From NCBI GenBank assembly GCA_963786265.1, contig CAWAYT010000003.1:2152-66151 (forward strand): a stretch of DNA of 64,000 bases, in the 5' to 3' direction. The stretch comes from an uncultured Alphaproteobacteria bacterium. GTDB taxonomy: Bacteria > Pseudomonadota > Alphaproteobacteria > Rhodospirillales > Defluviicoccaceae. The notes under the pieces are model-generated. The model was given only the letters and a program-made list of their open reading frames with translations, was not told where the DNA came from and did not search any database. The translations under genes and the position numbers were made by a program. This document shows positions 1 through 11,430 of this stretch, in pieces (the stretch's first letter is position 1; each line of letters opens with the position of its first letter).

Positions 1-225
1 CGCTTCGGAGGTCGGCGCGGAGATGAGCCCGCCGAAGCATGGCGCTCTGCAGGTTCACCTGGATCAGGCTTGCTTCGTGCAAGGTGGCTTCGGTCAAGTC
101 CGATCCAGTCAAACGAGCCTGCCGTAGATCTGCTTGACTTATATCAGGACCGCGCGCGCGAGGCGCGCACCTGCCAGGTTCGCTTCGCGCAGTTCAATGC
201 GGCGCAAATCACCCCCCTCCAGGTT
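1..225 (-). pseudogene. Pentapeptide-repeat protein, 3' part (interrupted by IS21; runs off window edge)
   Basis: Minus strand reads NLEGGDLRRIELREANLAGARLARA...QADLRQARLTGSDLTEATLHEASLIQVNLQSA, an A(D/N)Lxx pattern. Not in the ORF track. Confidence 0.8.
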
Positions 226-381
226 TGTCAGTACCGGATGAATTCTCCCTGAATGTGCCGATTGAAAATTCCCTGATTGGCGTTTGATGGCCCGCTCTGC
301 CGGGACGCGTCCCGGCGGAGCGGGCGGCCGATCGATCGCCGAGGATCACTCCCGTCAAGGGACGACGACGGGAGGGAGGCG

Positions 382-1647
382 GTGGTCAAACTTGGGGAGC
401 TCATGATGATACTCGACCTTCATCGACAGGGACTGTCGGTCTCGGCGATCGCCCGGGAGACGGGCAAGGATGCGAAGACCATCCGCCGATACATCGCCCG
501 CGGCCTGGAGCCGCCGGTCTACGGACCGCGACCGCCGCAGGCGTGCCGGCTCGATCCGTACAAGGCGTACCTGCGGGAGCGGATCACGGCCTATCCGCAG
601 CTGAGCGGCCGGCGTCTGTTGCGGGAGATCCGCGAGCTCGGCTACGCCGGCGGCTACACCGCCGTCACCGACTTCCTGCGCAACGTCCGGCCGCCGGCGA
701 CGCCGCCGTTCGAGGTCCGCTTCGAGACCCCGCCGGGCGCCAGGCGCAGGTCGACTTCGCCCAGTTCCAGGTCGTGTTCACCGACGAGCCGGCGGTGACG
801 CGGATCGTCTGGCTGTTCTCGCTGGTGCTCGGCTCGAGCCGCTGGCTCTGGGCCCGCTTCGTCCTGCATCAGGACCTGCAGACGGTGCTGCGCTGCCACA
901 TCGCCGCCTTCGCGACCATCGGCGGCGTGCCGGGGGAGATCCTCTACGACCGCATGAAGACCGCCGTGATCGGCGAAGCGACGGAGGGCGGCATCGTCTA
1001 CAACCGCTCGCTGCTCGACTTCGCCCGCCATTACGGCTTTCACCCGAAAGCCTGCCGGCCCTACCGGGCCAAGACCAAGGGCAAGGTCGAGCGGCCGTTC
1101 CGCTACATCCGCCAGGACTTCTTCCTCGGCCGCACCTTCCGCAATCTCGACGATCTGAACGCCCAGCTCGCCGACTGGCTCGAAACCGTCGCCAACGTGC
1201 GGCGTGCACGCCACCACCCGCCGGGTCGTCACCGAAGCCTTCGCCGCGGAGAGGCCGAAGCTGCAGGCGCTGCCGGCGTTGCCGTTCGGCTCGGTGCTCA
1301 AACTGGAGCGGCGCGTCTCCCACGAAGGCATGGTCTCGGTCGGCGGCAATCTCTACAGCGTGCCCGACGCCACCCGGAAGCGCGTCGTCGAGGTGCACAC
1401 GCTCGCCGACGAGATCCGCATCTTCGAGGACGGCACGCTGATCGCCACCCATCCGGTGCTCGAAGGACGCAGCCAGCGCCGGGTCGCTCCCGGTCACCGC
1501 AAGCTGCCGCGTCGTCGCCGAACATGCGACGACCACCGCCGATGTCACGCTGATCGCTGCCGTACCGGCGAGCGCGTCGCCCGCCGGTCGCTCGACTTCT
1601 ACGACGCCGTCGGCCGGCGCCTCGCCGGCCAGGGAGAGCGGCCATGA
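382..1647 (+). CDS. istA: IS21 transposase (frameshifted)
   Basis: N-terminal HTH, RFETPPG-QAQVDF, LYDRMKTAV and KGKVERPFRYIRQDF motifs across three frames. Confidence 0.92.
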
Positions 1648-2515
1648 CCGCCGCGCCCGAAATCGTCCCGGCCATCCTCGACCGCATCCGCCACAGCCTG
1701 GTCGGCCTGAGGATGCCCCGCGCGCTGGAGGTGCTCGATCAGACGGTGCGCCAGCTCGAGCGCGGCGAAGTCGCGCCGCTCGAGGCCATCGATACCCTGC
1801 TCGCCGAGGAGCTGACCTTGCGCGAGAACCGCCGCATCAAGACGGCGCTGAGGATGGCGCGGCTCACCGCCGTCAAGACGCTGGCCGGCTTCGACTTCTC
1901 CTTCCAGCCGTCGCTCGACCGCAACCGCATCCTGGCGCTCGCCCAGCTCGACTTCATCGACCGCGACGAGGTCGTCCATTTCCTCGGGCCGCCCGGCACC
2001 GGCAAAGCCACCTCGCGACCGCGCTCGGCGTCGAGGCGGTGAAGGCCGGCCGCAGCGTCTACTTCTCCACCCTGGCCGACATCATCGCTTCGCTGGCCAA
2101 GGCCGAGCGCGAAGGCCGTCTGCGCGAGCGCATCCGCTTCCTCGCCCGCGCCGCGCTGCTCATCGTCGACGAGATCGGCTACCTGCCGGTCGTCCCCGGC
2201 GGCGGCAACCTGTTCTTCCAGCTCGTCAACGCCCGCTACGAGAAAGGCGCCATGATCCTCACCTCCAACCGCGGCTTCGCCGAGTGGGGCGAGGTCTTCG
2301 GCGATCCGGTCGTCGCCACCGCGCTGCTCGACCGACTCCTCCATCACGCCGTCGTCATCCAGATCGAGGGATCCAGCTACCGCCTGCGCCAGCACGCCGA
2401 TCTCATGCCGGAGCACGTGCGCTGCAGAGCGTCGATCACCCCACCAACGGCCCAGCCGCCACGCCGCCGCGGCCGACCGCCGAAAAATAGGAGCCTCGAT
2501 CAACACGCCGGCTGA
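1644..2515 (+). CDS. istB: IS21 helper ATPase (frameshifted)
   Basis: GPPGTGK Walker A, LLIVDEIGY Walker B, LTSNRGF and LDRLLHH; ATGA overlap with istA. Confidence 0.93.
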
Positions 2516-2584
2516 TCACCGACACCCTGCCAACCAGGGATTTTTCGTCCGGCACTTCTCGGGAAAATTCAATCGGCGTTGACA

Positions 2585-2869
2585 AGGTTTACGTTGTGAA
2601 GGCTCGCCCGAGATAGCTGCGCGTCAGCGAGGTGCACCTGCTCCATTGATGCGTTGGACAGACTTGCACCTTCGAGGGACACGTTTTCCAGATTTGTCCC
2701 AGTGAGGTTTGTTCGGCCTAGGAAGCTTTCACTGAGATCGGAACCGCCAAAATCCGAATCCTGAAGATCGAGCTGGACAGATTAACCTGCGAAAATTCTC
2801 GCCGCGAAGTGTCTGGTGACCGGATGTGCGCGCCTCTTCCTGGATCTGTTCCCGCGTTAGCTTTGACAT
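2585..2869 (-). pseudogene. Pentapeptide-repeat protein, 5' part
   Basis: MSKLTREQIQEE...SDLSESFLGRTNLTGTNLENVSLEGASLSNASMEQVHLADAQLSRASLHNVNL; joins in frame to 1-225 once the IS and one AGGTT are removed. Confidence 0.8.
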
Positions 2870-2944
2870 CCCATTCTGCCTAGAAACTTGGATGTACCTT
2901 CTGGGCCTTCAACAAGAAACACTTTGGGGTAAAGCTTAAGGGGT

Positions 2945-2966
2945 GGGTCCGGACATGGCCGGACCC
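2945..2966 (-). terminator. Hairpin downstream of hsp20
   Basis: GGGTCCGG-acatgg-CCGGACCC perfect 8-bp stem; the U-tract is weak. Confidence 0.45.
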
Positions 2967-2998
2967 GACCGTAATCTCAGCGCCCGGAATGCTCGGCC

Positions 2999-3554
2999 CT
3001 ATTTCTCGCCTTTGACCTCTATTTTCTTGGCTTTCTGCTGGGCTTCCGGAGTCTTCGGTAGCGTAATGGTCAGGACTCCCTTCTGGAAGCTGGCGTCGAC
3101 CTTGTCACGATCAATGCCCTCGGGAATTTGGAAGGAGCGCTGGAACGAACCGTAACGCCGCTCGGAGACGTAGTAGTTGCCCCCCTCCTCACGTTCTTCG
3201 CGTTCTTCCTTTTTCTCGCCGCGGATGATCAGGGTGCCATCGGAGAGCCGAACGTCGATGTCCTTCTCGTCCATGCCCGGCAGCTCCGCGCGCACCTGCA
3301 CTTCTTTCTCCTTGTCGATCACATCGACCGCCGGCATGCCGGCACCCCAGGCAAGGGGAGTGCCGCGGAAGGGCTCCATAAGCCCGTGCCGGCGACGCCG
3401 AAACGGACTGAGCATTCCGCCAGACCAAATCTCATCGAACATACGATCAATCTCGTCTCGGAGGTTCATGAGCGACTCCCAAGGGCGCTCAAGGATACCG
3501 CCACCCGGCCGCTGTTCGCTCTTGACCGGAACTTTTCGGAATTTCTTCTGCCAT
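2999..3554 (-). CDS. Hsp20/alpha-crystallin small heat-shock protein
   Basis: PAVDV...AELPGMDEKDIDV...ERRYGSFQRSF...A.F.KGVLTITLPK. Probable start ATG at 3554 after AGGGAG, with one frameshift. Confidence 0.93.
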
Positions 3555-3714
3555 GACCTTAACTCCCTTTCCCGTACTGTGTTGTATTGCTTGCTACCAT
3601 CGGGGCCGGGTTGCCGGTCCCGTCTGCGAGCCGTGCCACCCTAGCCCAGTACCGGGCAGGTGCGTCGAGTGCGGTCCATTTGCGGACTGCGAGCCGCACG
3701 TGGGCCGGACGCTC

Positions 3715-4098
3715 TCAGCCGCCGTACTTGAACTCCGGCAACTTCTTGAGCTCATCCCGGCTTGCCCCCGGCAGCACGATCTTGTCGTCCAGAATGAGAC
3801 TCTGATACGGGACAGCCACCAAGCGACCGCCCAGGCCCAGGAAGCCGCCGACCTGGATTACCGCAAAGAGAACCCGGTCCCGGCCGATGATGATGTCGTC
3901 GATCGTGCCGATCCGCTCGTCATGATCATTCACGACGTCGCTGCCCGTCAGCTTGCTTGCACGATAGCCCTTCGCGACGACTTCCACATCGACGACGACG
4001 AGTTCAACCGCCTGCGAACGCGCGGGCCGCAGGTCCGCGCCGATCAGAACCGCTGTGATCAGAACCGCGGCGGTCGCAAAGCTTTGGAACGTCCTCAT
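3715..4098 (-). CDS. Exported PRC-barrel domain protein
   Basis: Signal peptide, then RASKLTGSDVVN...IGTIDDIII...VGGFLGLGGRLVAVP. Confidence 0.88.
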   Translation of the reverse strand: MRTFQSFATAAVLITAVLIGADLRPARSQAVELVVVDVEVVAKGYRASKLTGSDVVNDHDERIGTIDDIIIGRDRVLFAVIQVGGFLGLGGRLVAVPYQSLILDDKIVLPGASRDELKKLPEFKYGG

Positions 4099-4245
4099 GA
4101 TGCCCTCGCTCTACGAGTGTACGGAATGGCACACGGTTTCAGCATCGAGCGGTCATTCACAGGCCGTCGTTCGCACTGCATGAGACGACGGGACGCTGTC
4201 CCGGGCCTGACACGCTGATTTGTAGTGCAGTCGCTCATCGCCGCC

Positions 4246-4259
4246 ATGATCCGTGTCAA
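4246..4259. promoter_or_regulatory. FNR/FixK-like box
   Basis: ATGAT-CCGT-GTCAA against consensus TTGAT-N4-ATCAA, upstream of the PRC-barrel gene. Confidence 0.4.
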
Positions 4260-4476
4260 TTTTTCCCGAATTTCAGCTCGCGCACGCGCCGGCTCGTCGT
4301 TCTCGGCTCCTCCTCGGCTCCTCTTCGACCGCCACGAACGGTGCTTGCCCCCGCCCCTGTTCCCGGGTGTTGTGCGCCTTGGCGGGTTCGGCAAACGCGC
4401 AGACCTCGCGATCGGGACTTCGAGCTTTACCTCCACGGCACGGCCGCGGCGGTCAAACTTGCGGATGCCGGTGGCC

Positions 4477-5056
4477 TTACGCAGCCGCTACGTGCTTCAG
4501 CGTGGAGTAGAGGAAAATCAGCGCCCAGCCATAAAAGATCAGGTCGATGCCGATGATCACCCCCAAGGCCCAGAGAGCGGTGCCGGGGAAACCGCTCCAG
4601 ATGAGTACGCCGAGCGCGATGCTGATCAGCCCGCTGACGAGCGCCCAACCCCAGCCTGACGTCCCCCGGTACTGGAGAGCGTGGATAGCCTTCAGGATGC
4701 CGGCGGCGACGAAGTAGGCCGCAAGGAACATCGTCAAGGTGATCACGCCCGCGATCGGAAAGATCAGCAGGATAATCCCCGAGGCGAGCGTCAGTAGTGC
4801 CAGCAGAAGCGTCGCCGCGATGTTCCATCCGTCCCTTATGCCGAAGGCGTGGTAACCGTAAAGAACGCCGCCGATAACCAACAGCCAGCCGACGAAGCTG
4901 TTGACGACGAACGAGGCGACAACAGGCAGGATGATGGCCAGGAAACCAAGGACAACAAAGACAATGCCGAGGATCAGCAGCGTCCGCGGACTGATCTTTA
5001 CCGAGGTTCGGAGCATACCGACCGGATCTTGAGTTCGCCTGGGTGTTGATCGCCAT
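4477..5056 (-). CDS. HdeD/DUF308 family membrane protein
   Basis: Six hydrophobic segments with the characteristic GIDLIFYGW end; the 5' end is probably frameshifted. Confidence 0.85.
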
Positions 5057-5081
5057 TGGTCTCTCCCTTAGCGCCCCTGCA

Positions 5082-5461
5082 TCATCGTTGTCCCTGCTCG
5101 CCGGACGTATCCTTCTGGAGGCCAGATGATGGCGGTGGCAGCATCAGCGGGTCGCGGAACTTGACGATCTGCCGGATATCGTAGCCATCGATGACCTCCA
5201 GGCTCGTCAACTGTCTGGGCCAAGGTCGACATACATCTCCCGTGGCCTGTGGACCATGTGGTCCAAACCTTCCAGGGCGATCTCGATGATGTCGTCTTTG
5301 GGATCGTAGGCGATGCCCAGGAGCGGCAGCCATTCCGCCTCGACCTGGCTGCCGAGCGCCAGCGATGCGATCTCGATTTCGGCGCGGTTGCCGACGAGGG
5401 CTTCCGAGACGCGGTCGCAGAAGACGCGCCATTCCGTCTTATCGAGTCTCCGCAGAGCCAT
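5082..5461 (-). CDS. DUF5335-like protein (frameshifted)
   Basis: EW..FCDRVS...AEIEIASLALGSQVEAEWLPLLGIAYDPKDD...LDHMVHRPRE...DPLMLPPP. Confidence 0.75.
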
Positions 5462-5566
5462 GGATGATCCAATCGGGTTTCGCTTACGGGAGCGTTCGGT
5501 GTGCGCCCGCGGCCGGGGTTCCTCCTGGTCGCGCTTCAAGCATGCCCAACCCGGGACGTGCCGACA

Positions 5567-5580
5567 CTGATCCAGGTCAA
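5567..5580. promoter_or_regulatory. FNR/FixK-like box between divergent operons
   Basis: CTGAT-CCAG-GTCAA. Confidence 0.45.
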
Positions 5581-5736
5581 TTCGCCAGGGGTCGGAAGAC
5601 GCTATTTTAGCTTATGCCCTTCGTGCAACCGCAACACGGCGCGCGCTGAGACTCTGCGATCCCTTTGGTCGTGACGGCGATGATATTGATCATACGGCTG
5701 CCAGTAAACGCATCGATAAAAGGGGGCACCGCCTGA

Positions 5737-6472
5737 ATGTTCCCGATCCAAAATGCCGTGCCGTCACGCTATCCGCCGATTCGTCACCTGGACACTGATC
5801 GCGGCCAACTGCGCGGTCTTCTTTGTCGAAATCAGCCTGAGCCCGGCGGAACTCGAGTGGTTTCTGTCCCGTTTTGCCCTGATCCCGGCGCGGTACTTTG
5901 CACCCCCTCCCTATGCGAGCTCGGCGCTCGCCGATTACCTTCCCTTCGTCACCAACATGTTTCTGCATGGAGGCTGGCTGCATCTGATCCTGAACATGTG
6001 GACCTTGTGGCTGTTCGGCCCGACGGTCGAGGATCGGCTGGGGCCCATTCGGTATGCATTGTTCTATCTCGCCTCCGGCGTCCTCGCCTCGGTGACGCAT
6101 TCGGTCTTCAACCCCGGCTCCACGATCCCGGCACTCGGTGCCTCGGGGGCGATCGCCGGCGTACTCGGCTGCTACATCCGGCTGTTTCCGTTTGCGCGGC
6201 TGGTCGTCATGGTCCCGATCCTGTTTCTCCCCCTTTTCTTCGAAGTGCCAGCGATCGTCTTTGCCGGGCTCTGGTTCCTGATGCAGATGCTGCAGGGGAC
6301 GGCAGAGCTGTTCATGCCGGGCTCGGGCGGCGGCGTCGCCTGGTGGGCGCATGTCGGCGGCTTTGTTTTCGGCTTTGCGGTCGGCCCCCTATTGCGCCGC
6401 TCCAGGCGCAGCTATCGGACCTACTACGCCGATGAAGGCATCTTCGGTTTCGACCCCCGGGGACGCAGATGA
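5737..6472 (+). CDS. Rhomboid intramembrane serine protease
   Basis: MFLHGGWLHLILNM, GASG catalytic Ser and AWWAHVGG catalytic His. Confidence 0.93.
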
Positions 6473-6497
6473 GACGCCGCGCGCGGCGGGAGGCATC

Positions 6498-7335
6498 ATG
6501 TCCATGATCGATCTCTTCTGGCTTTTCTTCCTGTTGTCGGCTCTCCAGCCCATGCTGCGGCAGCGCATGCTGGAGGCGATGCGGATGCGGAAGATCGCGA
6601 AACTCGAGCGAAAGCGAAACTCCCGGGTCATCCTGCTCGTGCACCGTCAAGAGACGATGCGGCTCCTGGGCTTCCCCATCATGCGCTACATCGACATGAA
6701 CGAACTCCGAGGAGGTCCTGCGCGCAATTCAGATGACCGACGATGACGTTCCCTTGGACATCGTTCTCCACACGCCGGGAGGACTCGTCCTCGCGGCGCT
6801 GCAGATCGCCGGAGCGATCCGCGGCCACAAGGCGAAAGTGACGGTGTTCGTGCCCCACTACGCGATGTCAGGCGGCACGCTCATCTCCTTGGCCGCGGAT
6901 GAGATCGTCATGAGCAAATACGCCGTTCTCGGTCCCATCGATCCGCAGCTCGGACAGTTCCCGGCGGTTTCCCTGATCAAGGTCATCGAGCAGAAGCCGA
7001 TGGCGGAAATCGACGATCAGACCCTTATCCTGGCCGACGTCGGGCGGAAGGCGATCGCTCAAGTCAAGCAGGCCGCTCGCGAGCTCTTGGACCGTCGGCT
7101 TCCTGCCGATCAGGCGGAGGCGCTCGCGGAGAAGATGTCGAAAGGGACATGGACGCACGACTATCCGATCTCGGCATCGGAGGCCAAGGAACTCGGGCTT
7201 CCGGTCAGCACCGACATGCCGAATGATGTTCTGCAGCTGATGGCGCTCTATCCCCAGCCCGTGCGCATGCAGGCCGGCGGTGTCGAATACCTGCCGGTGC
7301 CGCGACAGAAGGAACCGGCGCGCCGGGAGCCGTAG
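6498..7335 (+). CDS. SDH-family (ClpP-fold) serine proteinase (frameshifted)
   Basis: LHTPGG, PHYAMSGGT, LGPIDPQ and WTHDYPI motifs; N-terminal TM segment. Confidence 0.88.
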
Positions 7336-7409
7336 GACATTGTACTCTCTTCGCAACGGACGGTCCGGCCCACACAGGCGCGGCGTCGGTTCCGCAAGGG
7401 GAGATCGCG

Positions 7410-7875
7410 ATGCAGTTGAAGGAAGAATTCGCGGAAGCGCATGTGCGATGGCAATCCTTAACCGTGTACCAGAAGTTCGAGCATGTCGTCATTCTGATCC
7501 TGACTCTGCTGATCGCAGTCGTCATCGTCTTCGCGGTGTGGAGTCTGGCGGTCAAGATCCTGTTGAGCCTGCTTCTTTTGGAGACTTTCGATCTGACCGA
7601 TCATGCGGTGTTTCAGGCGGTGTTCGGCATGATTTTCACGGTCATCATCGCGCTCGAGTTCAAGCGCTCGCTTCTGGTCGCCGCCGAGCGGAAGAGAGAC
7701 CGTCGTGCAAGTTCGCGCCGTGATCCTGATCGCGATGCTGGCCATCGTTCGCAAGTTGATCATTCTCGACCTCTCGATGACCAACGCGCTGCAGCTGTTC
7801 GGGCTGGCGGCGGCGATCCTGTCGCTCGGCGGGGTGTATTGGCTGATCAGGGAGCAGGACAGACGTGGACCTTAG
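7410..7875 (+). CDS. PsiE-family membrane protein (frameshifted)
   Basis: FGMIFTVIIALEF...VILIAMLAIVRKLIILD. Confidence 0.82.
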
Positions 7876-7918
7876 CTAGCAGTGCCTGGCGAGGTCGCGG
7901 GGAGAGATTGCGGACCGG

Positions 7919-8590
7919 ATGACCGATGCGCTGTTGAGCGAAAGCCTTGTTGTCATTCTCGGGTCCGCTTGCGCGGTCGCTCTGCTCACGCGGGTCGGGC
8001 TTCCGGCCCCTGTCGGCTATGTGCTGGCGGGCTTGGTCATCGGCCCGCACGGGCTACAGCTCGGGGCCGTCAGTGACGAACCAGGTTTCTTGTCGAGCTC
8101 GGCGTCATCTTCCTGATGTTCATGGTGGGGCTCGAGTTCTCGCTGCCGACAATGATCGCGGCGCGAACCGATGTGTTTGGCGCGGGCGGCCTGCAGGTAG
8201 GCTTAACGTCGGTGATCGTGGCGCGTGGCGCCATGCTCGCGGGTGTGGACTGGCGAGCCGCCATCCTGCTAGCTGGAGCCGTGGCGATGTCATCGACCGC
8301 GATCGCTCTCAAGCAGTTGGCCGACCAGGGAGAGATCAGCAGCCAACACGGTCGGCTCGCCTAGGAGTCCTCCTGTTCCAGGATCTTGCCACCCTCCCGT
8401 TCCTCGTCGTCATTGGTGCGTGGCAGCAAAGCGGTGAACCAGACGCCTTGGGAGTTCTGCGTCAGCTCGCCATCGCCAGTGTCGTCCTCGGCGCCGCCGC
8501 CGTAGCTTCCCGGCCGGTGTTCCGCATGGCGCTTTCCTGGGTCGCCCGAGCGAAGTCGACGGACCTGTTCCTGCTATCCGTTCTGTTTTT
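7919..8590 (+). pseudogene. CPA2 (KefB/KefC-like) cation:proton antiporter, 3'-truncated
   Basis: GYVLAGLVIGPHG, GLEFS, AMSSTAI and GVLLFQDLA motifs; homology ends near 8590. Confidence 0.85.
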
Positions 8591-8874
8591 GAGAGAGACA
8601 TATGCCGGAGCAACGCAAGCCTTTCAATTAAGCCTGCGCCTGGCGCCTCTCCTAGTCAGCCTTATCACGTCGCCCCGCAGATCGTCACGTTCCACGCGTG
8701 GCCGGGGCCACCGCTGGATTTGTGGGATGCTATAATGGGTACGCAAGGATATGGCAACGCGCACTGGCCTGAGCACTAGATGTTGTAGCGTCTCAATTTT
8801 GCAACAGTGCCGGTCTACCAATACGAGCAGTCTCTTCGTTTTGGTTGTGTGGGCGAGCGCTGGCGGGCGTAAAC

Positions 8875-9595
8875 TTATGCCAGTTCGAAAGAAGGATGGC
8901 CTTCGGACAGAAAAGAGTTCAAGAAGCCGGCGGTTTCTTTCTACGCGGCAAAGACGATTTTCGACAAACTTCAGGCATGGCCTGAACTACATTCATACGA
9001 GTATATGTTGCCGACTGTGAACCCTACTAAAGAAATCCATCGTGCTTTGCCATACGAATTAGAAGTCATCAGGTACTTTATCTCTCATCCAGAAAAAAGC
9101 GAATACAAAAACGTATACGATAGCACTGATGGCCCTGTTCTGAGGCTGTTCGAACCCATCAAAGTCGATCATGAGGGCTGTCTCGATTGTCACAGCGAGC
9201 CGGCAAAGGCGCCTCCGGCGATGCTGGCCGAGTATCAACTATTTGGTTCAAAAGCAAATAACGGTTTCGGGTGGAAGATGGGCGAGGTCGTAGGCGCGCA
9301 AGAAGTTTCGGTGCCGATGTCGGAGCCGCTCGAGCAAGCTCGTTCCACTTTTATGTACTTCGCCGGATTGCTCGCAGGTATCTTCCTGCTCTTGCTCGTG
9401 TTGTTGAACGTTCTCTTGCACTTCTTCGTTATCCGGCCTGTCACAGAGATGTCTCGAATAGCTAACGAGGTCAGCCTGGGAAAACTCGGCCTGCCAGAGT
9501 ATGTGGTGAGAGGTTCGGATGAGATCGCCTCGCTGTCCGCCTCCTTCAATAGAATGCGACGCAGCCTTGAGGAAGCGTTGAAGGAATCAGGCTAG
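8875..9595 (+). pseudogene. DUF3365/Tll0287-like heme-c sensor with TM and HAMP domains, 5'-truncated
   Basis: LPTVNPT, CLDCH heme motif, GFGWKMGEVVGAQ, HAMP DEIASLSASFNRM; lower GC than flanks. Confidence 0.8.
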
Positions 9596-9679
9596 GCGTA
9601 AAGATGAAGAAGTAAGAGGATCAAAAGAAGGATGCTAAGGGAAAAAGGCGCCGGCGCTCTCCTTCATTCTGTCATCTAG

Positions 9680-11304
9680 CCCGATCTATGCACGGCGAAA
9701 CGACACATATTGAGTGTTAAATCTTTGGTGCGAGTCATGGTTGTTGTTGGCGAGCGGGTTGGCTCCCGCTGCAGCGGTGTGGGGAATTGGGAGGGTAGAG
9801 AGGCGCTTGGAGATTGCGGGGAGCGGTCTGGTAGTTAGGGGGCGCACCGCCCCGGCGTTCAGGTGACGAGACGCGGCAGGCGGCCGAGGACGAGGTGCCA
9901 GACCGCTTGATCGGCGCTGCTGCTTGGCAGGTGGACCTTGATCCTGGATTTCAGCTCGACAATGCGGGCGGCGGTCTTGATCAGCCGCAGCCTGAGCGTG
10001 TCGAACTGCGCCACACGCCAGGACGAGGCCCTCGGCATCAGCGCCCGCAGGCTCCACAGCAGCCAGTAGGCGCCGGCGTGCAGGAACAGGCGGAACTGAT
10101 TGGCGGTGGCCTTGGGGCAAGAGGTGCGGTCGGCGGCGAGATGGGCTTTCCAGGCCTTGATGTGGTTTTCCGCCTGGCCGCGGCGGCAATAAAGCTCCTG
10201 GTATAGTGATCGGCCGCTGCCGTGGCCGAGGTTGGTGACGATGAAGCGGGTATCGATGCCGTCGGCACCGGCCTCGACGCGGGCGACGATGCGGCGGACC
10301 CGGCTCCAGCTGCCGGCGGCGGCGTAGAACTCCTTGAAGCGGCGAACCTTGCCGGCGGCCGGCGCGGCCTTGAAACGGCCGGAAGTACTTTCCGCGAGGC
10401 CGGTGACATGGCGCTTCAAGGTGCGCGTCGGGGCGAGGCCGAGGACGTAGTCGAGGCCGTTTGCCTCGCACCAGTCGAGCACCTCCGGGCAGGCGTAGTG
10501 GCTGTCGGCGCGGACCAGGATTTGCACGTTCGGCCAGTTGGCGCGGATCGCGCGCACCAGGCGGCGGAGAAAAGCCCGGATCTCGACGCCTTTCGGCCGT
10601 TTCGCCGGGCGCAGGAGCGCAGTGACGAAGCGACCATCCTGATCGAAGACGACGATCGGCTGGAACCCGTAGTCGTCATAATGGGCGTTGAACAGCCGCA
10701 GTTGCTGGCCGCCGTGCACCGCATCGAAGGTATCGTCGAGGTCGAGGGTGATCCGACACGGCACCTGCCGGAAGGAGGCGCAGTAGAGATCGACGAGCGC
10801 CCGGCCCAGACGCAGCAAGGTTCGCGCATCCGGCAGGTTCTCCAGCCGCGAGATGGTCGACTGCGAACACAGATCCCGCTCCGACGGCGGGCGTTCGAGC
10901 GCCAGCTTGAACACCGGATCGGTGCGCAAGCCGGTGGCGTCGTTGCCGTCCTCGTAGCCCGCGGCGATCATCAACAGCCGGAAGCGGATGATGTCGGCAA
11001 CCGTGTGCACGATGTTGTCGGGATCACGCGGATCGTCGATGCAGGCGGCCAGACGCTCGGCCACCTTGAGGCGGCGCTCGATCTCGCGCAGAACCAACAA
11101 ACCGCCGTCGGACGACAGCCGGCCGCCATCGAACCGGGCGACAATCGCTTTGCCCTCGATCGGTGACAGGCCGGGTAGCGGCAGGGTAGGATCAACCATG
11201 GCGGGTGGGCACTCCGGAAACGACATGGACGGGCTTCGACAAGCGAATCCTATGCGAATCCAACGGATTACGCTACACCCGCCAACCCCCGTGCATAATC
11301 CGGG
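9680..11304 (-). mobile_element. IS1380-family element, complete
   Basis: Imperfect IRs CCCGATCTATGCACGG / CCCGGATTATGCACGG; CTAG on both flanks (9676-9679 and 11305-11308). Confidence 0.9.
9859..11226 (-). CDS. IS1380 DDE transposase
   Basis: FDGGRLSSDGG, AGYEDGND, LDLDDT, VRADS and RGQAENHIK motifs; open frame. Confidence 0.95.
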   Translation of the reverse strand: MSFPECPPAMVDPTLPLPGLSPIEGKAIVARFDGGRLSSDGGLLVLREIERRLKVAERLAACIDDPRDPDNIVHTVADIIRFRLLMIAAGYEDGNDATGLRTDPVFKLALERPPSERDLCSQSTISRLENLPDARTLLRLGRALVDLYCASFRQVPCRITLDLDDTFDAVHGGQQLRLFNAHYDDYGFQPIVVFDQDGRFVTALLRPAKRPKGVEIRAFLRRLVRAIRANWPNVQILVRADSHYACPEVLDWCEANGLDYVLGLAPTRTLKRHVTGLAESTSGRFKAAPAAGKVRRFKEFYAAAGSWSRVRRIVARVEAGADGIDTRFIVTNLGHGSGRSLYQELYCRRGQAENHIKAWKAHLAADRTSCPKATANQFRLFLHAGAYWLLWSLRALMPRASSWRVAQFDTLRLRLIKTAARIVELKSRIKVHLPSSSADQAVWHLVLGRLPRLVT

Positions 11305-11430
11305 CTAGACAGCACCCGCTTGAGAAAAGCGGTTTCTCTCGCCATCGCCTTCGTCGGATGTGCGACTGGGACAGCGGCCGCGGTGTTGAGTCTATCGACG
11401 GTTTGTAGTTCGGCGCACATCCGCGCACAA

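Larger units (their letters stand above)
226..2584 (+). mobile_element. IS21-family insertion sequence, complete
   Basis: TGTCA...TGACA ends with internal repeats; AGGTT duplicated at 221-225 and 2585-2589; istA and istB inside. Confidence 0.95.

Noticed and set aside
382-2515. Programmed frameshifting in the IS genes
   Set aside because: The shifts are not at slippery motifs and occur at the window-wide indel rate.
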